Assembly (NCBI GenBank): GCA_964016885.1
Contig: OZ024745.1
Location: forward strand, 6,882,001 to 6,946,000
DNA from: Eledone cirrhosa
Lineage: Eukaryota
Reading direction: 5' to 3'
DNA length: 64,000 nt
The notes below the pieces were generated by a model. It was not told where the DNA came from. It ran no database searches and saw nothing but the letters and a program-made list of their open reading frames with translations. Positions within the stretch are counted from its first letter, which is position 1, and each line of letters begins with the position of its first letter. Shown piece after piece: positions 1-12,517 of this stretch. Both the position numbers and the translations under genes were made by a program.

Positions 1-3000
1 ACAATATGGCAGCCAGTGCTATGGTGGCTGTACAATATCGCAGCCAATACTATGGTGGCTCTACAATATGGCAGCCAGTATTAATGTGGCTGTACAATAT
101 GGCAGCCAGTACTATGGTGGCTGTACAATATGGCAACCAGTACTATGGTGACTGTACAATATGGCAGCCAGTAATATTGTGGCTGTACAATATGGCAGCC
201 AGTACTATGGTGGCTCTACAATATGGCAGCCAGTACTATGGTGGCTCTACAATATGGCAGCCAGGACTATGATGACTGTATAATATGGCAGCCAGTACTA
301 TGGTGGCTCTACAATATGGCAGCCAGTACTATGGTGGCAGTACAATAGGGCAACCAGTGCTATGGTGGCTGTACAATATGGCAGCCAGTACTATGGTGGC
401 TGTACAATATGGCATCCAGTACTATGGTGACTTTACAATATGGCAGCCAGTACTATGGTGGCTGTACAATATGGCAGCCAGTACTATGGTGGCTGTACAA
501 TATGGCAGCCAGTACTATGGTGGCTGTACAATATTGCAGCCAGTACTATGGTGGCTGTACAATATTGCAGCTAGTACTATGGTGGCTGTACAATATGGCA
601 GCCAGTTGTATGGTGGTTGTACAATATGGCAGCCAGTACTATTGTGGCTCTACAATATGGCAGCCAGTACTATGGTGGCTCTACAATATGGCAGCCAGTA
701 CTATGGTGGCTGTACAATATGGCAGCCAGTACTATGGTGGCTGTACAATATGGCATCCAGTACTATGGTGGCTGTATAATATGGCAGCCAGTACTATGGT
801 GGCTCTACAATATGGCAGCCAGTACTATGGTGGCTGTACAATATGGCAGCCAGTATATGGTGGCTGTACAATATGGCAGTCAGTACTATGGTGGCTCTAC
901 AATATGGCAGCCAATACTATGGTGGCTGTACAATATTGCAGCCAGTACTATGGTGGCTGTACAATATTGCAGCTAGTACTATGGTGGCTGTACAATATGG
1001 CAGCCAGTTCTATGGTGGTTGTACAACATGGCAGTCAGTACTATTGTGGCTCTACAATATGGCAGCCAGTACTATGGTGGCTCTACAATATGGCAGCCAG
1101 TACTATGGTGGCTGTACAATATGGCAGCCAGTACTATGGTGGCTGTACAATATGGCAACCAGTACTATGATGGCTGTATAATATGGCAGCCAGTACTATG
1201 GTGGCTCTACAATATGGCAGCCAATACTATGGTGGCTGTACAATATGGCAGCCAGTACTCTGGTGGCTGTACAATATGTCAGCCAGGGCTATGGTGCCTC
1301 TACAATATGGCAGCCAGTACTATGGTGGCTGTACAATATGTCAGCCAGTTCTATGGTGGCTCTACAATATGGCAGCCAGTACTATTCTGGCTGTACAATA
1401 TGGGAGCCAGTACTATGGTGGCTGTACAATATGGCAGCCATTTCTATGGTGGCTGTATAATATGGCAGCCAGTGCTATGGTGGCTCTGCAATATGGCAGC
1501 CAGTACTATGGTGGCTATACAATATGGCAGCCAGTACTATGGTGGCTGTACAATATGGCAGCCAGTGCTATGGTGGCTGTACAATATCGCAGCCAATACT
1601 ATGGTCGCTCTACAATATGGCAGCCAGTACTATGGTGGCTGTACAATATGGCAGCCAGTACTATGGTGGCTGTACAATATGGCAACCAGTACTATGGTGA
1701 CTGTACAATATGGCAGCCAGTACTATGGTAGCAGTACAATATGGCAGCCAGTACTATGGTGGCTCTACAATATGGCAGCCAGTACTATGGTGGCTCTACA
1801 ATATGGCAGCCAGTACTCTGGTGGGTTTACAATAAGGCAGCCTGTACTATGGTGGCCGTACTATATGGCAGCCAGTACTATGGTGGCTGTACAGTATGGC
1901 AGCCAGTACTATGGTGGCTCTACAATATAGCAGCCAGTGCTATGGTGGCTGTACAATATGGCAGCCAGTACTATGGTGGCTGTATAATATGGCAGCCAGT
2001 ACTATGGTGGCTCTACAATATAGCAGCCAGTGCTATGGTGGCTGTACAATATGGCAGCCAGTACTATGGTGGCTGTACAATATGGCAGCCAGTGCTATGG
2101 TGGCTCTACAATATGGCAGCCAGTTCTATGGTGGCTGTAAAATATGGCAGCCAGTAATATGGTGGCTGTACAATATGGCAGCCAGTACTATGGTGGCTAT
2201 ACAATATGGCAGCCAGTACTATGGTGGCTGTAGAATATGGCAGCCAGTACTATGGTGGCTGTACAATATGGCAGCCAATACTATGGTGGCTGTACAATAT
2301 GGCAGCCAGTACTATGGTGGCTGTACAACATGGCAGTCAGTACTATGGTGGCTCTACAATATGGCAGCCAATACTATGGTGGCTGTACAATATTGCAGCT
2401 AGTACTATGGTGGCTGTACAATATGGCAGCCAGTCCTATGGTGGTTGTACAATATGGCAGCCAGTACTATTGTGGCTCTACAATATGGCAGCCAGTACTA
2501 TGGTGGCTCTAAAATATGGCAGCCAGTACTATGGTGGCTGTACAAAATGGCAGCCAGTACTATGGTGGCTGTATAATATGGCAGCCAGTACTATGGTGGC
2601 TCTACAATATAGCAGCCAATACTATGGTGGCTGTACAATATGGCAGCCAGTACTATGGTGTCTGTACAATATGGCAGCCAGTGCTATGTTGGCTCTACAA
2701 TATGGCAGCCAGTACTATGGTGGCTGTACAATATGGCAGCCAGTTCTATGGTGGCTCTAGAATATGGCAGCCAGTACTATGGTGGCTGTACAATATGGCA
2801 GCCAGTACTATGGTGGCTGTATACTATGGCAGCCAGTGCTATGGTGGCTCTACAATATGGCAGCCAGTACTATGGTGGCTGTACAATATGGCAGCCAGTG
2901 CTATGGTGGCTGTACAATATCGCAGCCAATACTATGGTGGCTCTACAATATGGCAGCCAGTACTAATGTGGCTGTACAATATGGCAGCCAGTACTATGGT

Positions 3001-6000
3001 GGCTGTACAATATGGCAACCAGTACTATGGTGACTGTACAATATGGCAGCCAGTAATATTGTGGCTGTACAATATGGCAGCCAGTACTATGGTGGCTCTA
3101 CAATATGGCAGCCAGTACTATGGTGGCTCTACAATATGGCAGCCAGGACTATGATGACTGTATAATATGGCAGCCAGTACTATGGTGGCTGTACAATATG
3201 GCAGCCAGTAATATGGTGGCTGCACAATATGGCAGCCAGTACTATGGTGACTGTACAATATGGCAGCCAGTACTATGGTGGCTCTACAATATGGCAGCCA
3301 GTGCTATGGTGGCTCGACAATATGGCAGCCAGTTCTATGGTGGCTGTAAAATATGGCAGCCAGTAATATGGTGGCTGTACAATATGGCAGCCAGTACTAT
3401 GGTGGCTATACAATATGGCAGCCAGTACTATGGTGGCTGCAGAATATGGCAGCCAGTACTATGGTGGCTGTACAATATGGCAGCCAATACTATGGTGGCT
3501 GTACAATATGGCAGCCAGTACTATGGTGGCTGTACAACATGGCAGTCAGTACTATGGTGGCTCTACAATATGGCAGCCAATACTATGGTGGCTGTACAAT
3601 ATTGCAGCTAGTACTATGGTGGCTGTACAATATGGCAGCCAGTTCTATGGTGGTTGTACAATATGGCAGCCAGTACTATTGTGGCTCTACAATATGGCAG
3701 CCAGTACTATGGTGGCTCTAAAATATGGCAGCCAGTACTATGGTGGCTGTACAATATGGCAGCCAGTACTATGGTGGCTGTATAATATGGCAGCCAGTAC
3801 TATGGTGGCTCTACAATATAGCAGCCAATACTATGGTGGCTGTACAATATGACAGCCAGTACTATGGTGTCTGTACAATATGGCAGCCAGTGCTATGTTG
3901 GCTCTACAATATGGCAGCCAGTACTATGGTGGCTGTACAATATGGCAGCCAGTTCTATGGTGGCTCTAGAATATGGCAGCCAGTACTATGGTGGCTGTAC
4001 AATATGGCAGCCAGTACTATGGTGGCTGTATACTATGGCAGCCAGTGCTATGGTGGCTCTACAATATGGCAGCCAGTACTATGGTGGCTGTACAATATGG
4101 CAGCCAGTGCTATGGTGGCTGTACAATATCGCAGCCAATACTATGGTGGCTCTACAATATGGCAGCCAGTATTAATGTGGCTGTACAATATGGCAGCCAG
4201 TACTATGGTGGCTGTACAATATGGCAACCAGTACTATGGTGACTGTACAATATGGCAGCCAGTAATATTGTGGCTGTACAATATGGCAGCCAGTACTATG
4301 GTGGCTCTACAATATGGCAGCCAGTACTATGGTGGCTCTACAATATGGCAGCCAGGACTATGATGACTGTATAATATGGCAGCCAGTACTATGGTGGCTC
4401 TACAATATGGCAGCCAGTACTATGGTGGCAGTACAATAGGGCAACCAGTGCTATGGTGGCTGTACAATATGGCAGCCAGTACTATGGTGGCTGTACAATA
4501 TGGCATCCAGTACTATGGTGACTTTACAATATGGCAGCCAGTACTATGGTGGCTGTACAATATGGCAGCCAGTACTATGGTGGCTGTACAATATGGCAGC
4601 CAGTACTATGGTGGCTGTACAATATTGCAGCCAGTACTATGGTGGCTGTACAATATTGCAGCTAGTACTATGGTGGCTGTACAATATGGCAGCCAGTTGT
4701 ATGGTGGTTGTACAATATGGCAGCCAGTACTATTGTGGCTCTACAATATGGCAGCCAGTACTATGGTGGCTCTACAATATGGCAGCCAGTACTATGGTGG
4801 CTGTACAATATGGCAGCCAGTACTATGGTGGCTGTACAATATGGCATCCAGTACTATGGTGGCTGTATAATATGGCAGCCAGTACTATGGTGGCTCTACA
4901 ATATGGCAGCCAGTACTATGGTGGCTGTACAATATGGCAGCCAGTATATGGTGGCTGTACAATATGGCAGTCAGTACTATGGTGGCTCTACAATATGGCA
5001 GCCAATACTATGGTGGCTGTACAATATTGCAGCCAGTACTATGGTGGCTGTACAATATTGCAGCTAGTACTATGGTGGCTGTACAATATGGCAGCCAGTT
5101 CTATGGTGGTTGTACAACATGGCAGTCAGTACTATTGTGGCTCTACAATATGGCAGCCAGTACTATGGTGGCTCTACAATATGGCAGCCAGTACTATGGT
5201 GGCTGTACAATATGGCAGCCAGTACTATGGTGGCTGTACAATATGGCAACCAGTACTATGATGGCTGTATAATATGGCAGCCAGTACTATGGTGGCTCTA
5301 CAATATGGCAGCCAATACTATGGTGGCTGTACAATATGGCAGCCAGTACTCTGGTGGCTGTACAATATGTCAGCCAGGGCTATGGTGCCTCTACAATATG
5401 GCAGCCAGTACTATGGTGGCTGTACAATATGTCAGCCAGTTCTATGGTGGCTCTACAATATGGCAGCCAGTACTATTCTGGCTGTACAATATGGGAGCCA
5501 GTACTATGGTGGCTGTACAATATGGCAGCCATTTCTATGGTGGCTGTATAATATGGCAGCCAGTGCTATGGTGGCTCTGCAATATGGCAGCCAGTACTAT
5601 GGTGGCTATACAATATGGCAGCCAGTACTATGGTGGCTGTACAATATGGCAGCCAGTGCTATGGTGGCTGTACAATATCGCAGCCAATACTATGGTCGCT
5701 CTACAATATGGCAGCCAGTACTATGGTGGCTGTACAATATGGCAGCCAGTACTATGGTGGCTGTACAATATGGCAACCAGTACTATGGTGACTGTACAAT
5801 ATGGCAGCCAGTACTATGGTAGCAGTACAATATGGCAGCCAGTACTATGGTGGCTCTACAATATGGCAGCCAGTACTATGGTGGCTCTACAATATGGCAG
5901 CCAGTACTCTGGTGGGTTTACAATAAGGCAGCCTGTACTATGGTGGCCGTACTATATGGCAGCCAGTACTATGGTGGCTGTACAGTATGGCAGCCAGTAC

Positions 6001-9000
6001 TATGGTGGCTCTACAATATAGCAGCCAGTGCTATGGTGGCTGTACAATATGGCAGCCAGTACTATGGTGGCTGTATAATATGGCAGCCAGTACTATGGTG
6101 GCTCTACAATATAGCAGCCAGTGCTATGGTGGCTGTACAATATGGCAGCCAGTACTATGGTGGCTGTACAATATGGCAGCCAGTGCTATGGTGGCTCTAC
6201 AATATGGCAGCCAGTTCTATGGTGGCTGTAAAATATGGCAGCCAGTAATATGGTGGCTGTACAATATGGCAGCCAGTACTATGGTGGCTATACAATATGG
6301 CAGCCAGTACTATGGTGGCTGTACAATATGGCAGCCAATACTATGGTGGCTGTACAATATGGCAGCCAGTACTATGGTGGCTGTACAACATGGCAGTCAG
6401 TACTATGGTGGCTCTACAATATGGCAGCCAGTACTATGGTGGCCGTAAAATATGGCAGCCAGTACTATGGTGGCTGTACAATATGGCAGCCAGTACTATG
6501 GTGGCTGTACAATATGGCAGCCAGGACTATGATGACTGTATAATATGGCAGCCAGTACTATGGTGGCTGTACAATATGGCAGCCAGTAATATGGTGGCTG
6601 CACAATATGGCAGCCAGTACTATGGTGGCTGTAAAATATGGCAGCCAGTACTATGGTGGCTCTACAATATGGCAGCCAGTGCTATGGTGGCTCTACAATA
6701 TGGCAGCCATTTCTATGGTGGCTGTAAAATATGGCAGCCAGTAATATGGTGGCTGTACAATATGGCAGCCAGTACTATGGTGGCTATACAATATGGCAGC
6801 CAGTACTATGGTGGCTGTAGAATATGTCAGCCAGTACTATGGTGGCTGTACAATATGGCAGCCAATACTATGGTGGCTGTACAATATGGCAGCCAGTACT
6901 ATGGTGGCTGTACAACATGGCAGTCAGTACTATGGTGGCTCTACAATATGGCAGCCAATACTATGGTGGCTGTACAATATTGCAGCTAGTACTATGGTGG
7001 CTGTACAATATGGCAGCCAGTTCTATGGTGGTTGTACAATATGGCAGCCAGTACTATTGTGGCTCTACAATATGGCAGCCAGTACTATGGTGGCTCTAAA
7101 ATATGGCAGCCAGTACTATGGTGGCTGTACAATATGGCAGCCAGTACTATGGTGGCTGTATAATATGGCAGCCAGTACTATGGTGGCTCTACAATATAGC
7201 AGCCAATACTATGGTGGCTGTACAATATGGCAGCCAGTACTATGGTGTCTGTACAATATGGCAGACAGTGCTATGTTGGCTCTACAATATGGCAGCCAGT
7301 ACTATGGTGGCTGTACAATATGGCAGCCAGTTCTATGGTGGCTCTAGAATATGGCAGCCAGTACTATGGTGGCTGTACAATATGGCAGCCAGTACTATGG
7401 TGGCTGTACAATATGGCAGCCAGTGCTATGGTGGCTCTACAATATGGCAGCCAGTACTATGGTGTATGTACAATATGGCAGCCAGTGCTATGGTGGCTCT
7501 ACAATATGGCAGCCAGTACTATGGTGGCTGTACAATATGGCAGCCAGTGCTATGGTGGCTGTACAATATCGCAGCCAATACTATGGTGGCTCTACAATAT
7601 GGCAGCCAGTACTAATGTGGCTGTACAATATGGCAGCCAGTACTATGGTGGCTGTACAATATGGCAACCAGTACTATGGTGACTGTACAATATGGCAGCC
7701 AGTAATATTGTGGCTGTACAATATGGCAGCCAGTACTATGGTGGCTCTACAATATGGCAGCCAGTACTATGGTGGCTCTACAATATGGCAGCCAGTACTA
7801 TGGTGGCTCTACAATATGGCAGCCAGTACTATGGTGGCTCTACAATATGGCAACCAGTACTATGGTGACTGTACAATATGGCAGCCAGTACTATGGTGAC
7901 AGTACAATATGGCAGCCAGTATTATGGTGGCTGTACAATAGGGCAACCAGTGCTATGGTGGCTCTACAATATGGCAGCCAGTACTATGGTGGCTGTACAA
8001 TATGGCAGCCAGTACTATGGTGGCTGTACAATATGGCATCCAGTACTATGGTGGCTGTATAATATGGCAGCCAGTACTATGGTGGCTCTACAATATGGCA
8101 GCCAGTACTATGGTGGCTGTACAATATGGCAGCCAGTATATGGTGGCTGTACAATATGGCAGTCAGTACTATCGTGGCTCTACAATATGGCAGCCAATAC
8201 TATGGTGGCTGTACAATATTGCAGCCAGTACTATGGTGGCTGTACAATATTGCAGCTAGTACTATGGTGGCTGTACAATATGGCAGCCAGTTCTATGGTG
8301 GTTGTACAATATGGCAGCCAGTACTATTGTGGCTCTACAATATGGCAGCCAGTACTATGGTGGCTCTACAATATGGCAGCCAGTACTATGGTGGCTGTAC
8401 AATATGGCAGCCAGTACTATGGTGGCTGTACAATATGGCAACCAGTACTATGGTGGCTGTATAATATGGCAGCCAGTACTATGGTGGCTCTACAATATGG
8501 CAGCCAATACTATGGTGGCTGTACAATATGGCAGCCAGTACTCTGGTGGCTGTACAATATGGCAGCCAATGCTATGGTGCCTCTACAATATGGCAGCCAG
8601 TACTATGGTGGCTGTACAATATGTCAGCCAGTTCTATGGTGGCTCTACAATATGGCAGCCAGTACTATTCTGGCTGTACAATATGGGAGCCAGTACTATG
8701 GTGGCTATACAATATGGCAGCCATTTCTATGGTGGCTGTATAATATGGCAGCCAGTGCTATGGTGGCTCTACAATATGGCAGCCAGTACTATGGTGGCTA
8801 TACAATATGGCAGCCAGTACTATGGTGGCTGTACAATATGGCAGCCAGTGCTATGGTGGCTGTACAATATCGCAGCCAATACTATGGTCGCTCTACAATA
8901 TGGCAGCCAGTACTATGGTGGCTGTACAATATGGCAGCCAGTACTATGGTGGCTGTACAATATGGCAACCAGTACTATGGTGACTGTACAATATGGCAGC

Positions 9001-11680
9001 CAGTACTATGGTAGCAGTACAATATGGCAGCCAGTACTATGGTGGCTCTACAATATGGCAGCCAGTACTATGGTGGCTCTACAATATGGCAGCCAGTACT
9101 CTGGTGGGTTTACAATATGGCAGCCAGTACTATGGTGGCCGTACTATATGGCAGCCAGTACTATGGTGGCTGTACAATATGGCAGCCAGTACTATGGTGG
9201 CTGTACAATATGGCAGCCAGGACTATGATGACTGTATAATATGGCAGCCAGTACTATGGTGGCTGTACAATATGGCAGCCAGTAATATGGTGGCTGTACA
9301 ATATGGCAGCCAGTACTATGGTGACTGTACAATATGGCAGCCAGTACTATGGTGGCTCTACAATATGGCAGCCAGTGCTATGGTGGCTCTACAATATGGC
9401 AGCCAGTTCTATGGTGGCTGTACAATATGGCAGCCAGTAATATGGTGGCTGTACAATATGGCAGCCAGTACTATGGTGGCTATACAATATGGCAGCCAGT
9501 ACTATGGTGGCTGTAGAATATGGCAGCCAGTACTATGGTGGCTCTACAATATGGCAGCCAGTACTATGGTGTCTGTACAATATGGCAGCCAGTTCTATGG
9601 TGGCTCTACAATATGGCAGCCAGTACTATGGTGGCTGTACAATATGGCAGCCAGTACTATTCTGGCTGTACAATATGGCAGCCAGTACTATGGTGGCTGT
9701 ATAATATGGCAGCCAGTTCTACGGTGGCTCTACAATATGGCAGCCAGTCCTATTCTGGCTGTACAATATGGCAGCCAGTACTATGGTGGCTCTACAATAT
9801 GGCAGCCACTACTATGGTGGCTCTACAATATGGCAGCCAGTACTATGGTGGCTCTACAATATGGCAGCCAGTACTATGGTGGCTGTACAATATGGCAGCC
9901 AGTACTATGATGGCTGTATAATATGGCAGCCAGTACTATGGTGGCTCTACAATATGGCAGCCAATACTATGGTGGCTGTACAATATGGCAGCCAGTACTA
10001 TGGTGGCTGTACAATATGGCAGCCAGTACTATTCTGGCTGTACAATATGGCAGCCAGTACTATGGTGGCTGTACAATATGGCATCCAGTACTATGGTGGC
10101 TCTACAATATGGCAGCCAGTACTATTCTGGCTGTACAATATGGCAGCCTGTACTATTCTGGCTGTACAATATGGCAGCCAGTACTATGGTGGCTGTACAA
10201 TATGGCAGCCAGTACTATGGTGGCTGTATAATATGGCAGCCAGTACTATGGTGGCTGTATATTATGGCAGCCAGTACTATGGTGGCTGTACAATATGGCA
10301 GCCAGTACTACGGTGGCTCTACAATATTGCAGCCAGTGCTATGGTGGCTGTACAATATGACAGCCAGTACTATGGTGGCTGTACAATATGGCAGCCAGTA
10401 CTATGGTGGCCGTACAATATGGCAGCCAGTACTATTCTGGCTGTACAATATGGCAGCCAGTACTATTCTGGCTGTACAATATGGCAGCCAGTACTATGGT
10501 GGCTGTACAATATGGCAGCCAGTACTATGGTGGCTGTACAATATGGCAGCCAGTACTATGGTGACTCTACAATATGGCAGCCAGTACTATGGTGGCTGTA
10601 TAATATGGCAGCCAGTACTATGGTGGCTGTACAATATGGCAGCCAGTACTATGGTGGCTGTACAATATGGCAGCCAGTACTATGGTGGCTCTACAATATG
10701 GCAGCCAGTACTATGGTGGCTCTATAATATGGCAGCCAGTACTATGGTGGCTGTACAATATGGCAGCCAGTTCTACGGTGGCTGTACAATATGGCAGCCA
10801 GTACTATGGTGGCTCTACAATATGGCAGCCAGTACTATGGTGGCTGTACAATATGGCAGCCAGTACTATTCTGGCTGTACAATATGGCAGCCAGTACTAT
10901 GGTGACTGTACAATATGGCAGCCAGTACTATGGTGGCTGTACAATATGGCAGCCAGTACTATGGTGGCTCTACAATATGGCAGACAGTACTATGGTGGCT
11001 GTATAATATGGCAGCCAGTACTATTCTGGCTGTACAATGTGGCAGACAGTACTTTGGTGGCTGTACAATATGGCAGCCAGTACTATGGTGGCTGTACAAT
11101 ATGGCAGCCAGTTCTATGGTGGCTCTACAATATGGCAGCCAGTACTATGGTGGCTGTACAATATGGCAGCCAGTTCTATGTTGGCTGTCCAATATGGCAG
11201 CCAGTACTATGGTGGCTGTACAATATGGCAGCCAGTACTATTCTGGCTGTACAATATGGCAGCCAGTACTATGGTGGCTGTACAATATGGCAGCCAGTAC
11301 TATGGTGGCTCTACAATATGGCAGCCAATACTATGGTGGCTGTTCAATATGGCAGCCAGTACTATGGTGGCTGTTCAATATGGCAGCCAGTACTATGGTG
11401 GCTCTACAATATGGCAACCAATACTATGGTGGCTGTACAATATGGCAGCCAGTACTATGGTGGCTGTATAACATGGCAGCCAGTACTATGGTGGCTCTAC
11501 AATATGGCAGCCAATACTATGGTGGCTGTTCAATATGGCAGCCAGTACTATGGTGGCTGTACAATATGGCAGCCAGTACTATTGTGGCTGTACAATATGG
11601 CAGCCAGTACTATGGTGGCTGTACAATATGGCAGCCAGTACTATTGTGGCAGTACAATATGGCAGCCAGTACTATGGTGG
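1..11680. repeat. 31-bp tandem satellite, consensus ACAATATGGCAGCCAGTACTATGGTGGCT(G/C)T, about 377 monomers, continues past the left window edge
   Basis: Uninterrupted 31-bp periodicity with scattered substitutions and three 30-bp monomers (CAGTATATGG at 851, 4942, 8134). Ends abruptly at ...ACTATGGTGG|AAATTATC (11680). Confidence 0.99.
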
Positions 11681-11730
11681 AAATTATCAATGTTTGCTGA
11701 GAGTCAATGAATAGAAGTTATTTAGTCATT

Positions 11731-11892
11731 ACATATACAGACATGCACACACACACATATACACAGATCCACACATACACAGATACACAGATACACACAT
11801 ACACAGATACACAGATACACAAATGCACACAGATACACAGATACACAGATACACAGATACACACAGATACACCTACATGCACACACACACAT
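11731..11892. repeat. CA-rich simple repeat with an 8-bp unit (ACAGATAC)n
   Basis: Tandem ACAGATAC/ACACATAC units, best preserved at about 11761-11870, flanked by (CA)n. Confidence 0.9.
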
Positions 11893-11900
11893 GTATATAA

Positions 11901-11982
11901 AGAGTGAGCGTGAGAGAGAAGCAGAGACAGAAAGAGTCAGACAGGCACAGCGAGAGAGGGAGGGAGAGAGAGAGAGTCAGAC

Positions 11983-12029
<47 letters not shown>

Positions 12030-12092
12030 CAGGCACCGAGAGAGAGAGAGTCAGACAGGCACAGAGAGAAAGACATATATAGAGAGAGGAGG
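11901..12092. repeat. (GA)n microsatellite interrupted by four copies of GAGTCAGACAGGCA
   Basis: Motif starts at 11934, 11974, 12022 and 12048, separated by variable (GA)n runs. Confidence 0.9.
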
Positions 12093-12228
12093 GGTATGTA
12101 TGTGTGCAGTTTCTTGGTATGTGTGAGTGTGTGTGTATAAATGTAGGGTTTGTTTTTAAAATAAGGTGTGTGTGTATTAATATATACCGTATGGAAATAG
12201 AAACGACACATATACCTTTATATATCTG

Positions 12229-12230
<2 letters not shown>

Positions 12231-12269
<39 letters not shown>
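12231..12269. repeat. (AT)n microsatellite
   Basis: About 19 perfect AT units. Confidence 0.97.
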
Positions 12270-12272
<3 letters not shown>

Positions 12273-12323
12273 GTTTCTACTTTTGGCACAAGGCCAGCAA
12301 TTACTCAGTGTATTCCTGGTACT
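12269..12323 (-). mobile_element. Short 3' fragment of a probable SINE (Deu/Nin-domain type), internally deleted
   Basis: Minus strand reads AGTACCAGGAATACACTGAGTAATTGCTGGCCTTGTGCCAAAAGTAGAAACAATT followed by (AT)n. This resembles, from memory, an abundant octopus SINE end (AGTACCAG...CACTG...AATTGCTGGCCTTGTGCCAAAA..GAAAC). Not database-verified. Confidence 0.5.
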
Positions 12324-12379
12324 ATATATAATGTATAATAAACAATACAATATAATTACCTCATTACCGGAAGTTTCCC

Positions 12380-12517
12380 GGCCTTCATAGGGTTATTATT
12401 ACCGGCATTTGTTATTGGTCATCCCATTGTTCATTCCTATTCTAAGGTTGATTCTGAGTCTGCTACTAGGAGTGGGAAGTAGGCTTCTGCCACCATAATA
12501 ATAACCCTATGAAGGCC
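12380..12517. repeat. Perfect 22-bp inverted repeat with a 94-bp spacer at the 5' end of the Penelope-like relic
   Basis: GGCCTTCATAGGGTTATTATTA (12380-12401) is the exact reverse complement of TAATAATAACCCTATGAAGGCC (12496-12517). Confidence 0.95.

Noticed and set aside
1-11680. CRISPR array (31-bp repeat with internal hairpin)
   Set aside because: Repeats are directly adjacent with no unique spacers, there are no cas genes, and the context is eukaryotic.
6-11710. Plus-strand ORFs encoding the 31-aa repeat MAASTMVAVQYGSQYYGGCTIWQPVLWWLYN
   Set aside because: The 31-bp consensus simply has no stop triplet on +, which has roughly a 1-in-4 chance for a random 31-mer, so all three frames give the same peptide. 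Stop-creating variants (TGTATAAT, GGTGACT, GTAGAAT) and 1-bp deletions are common, so there is no sign of coding constraint. No reflectin or suckerin motif is present.
11707-12331. Short ORFs rich in HT, RE or YI
   Set aside because: These are translations of (CA)n, (GA)n and (TA)n microsatellites.
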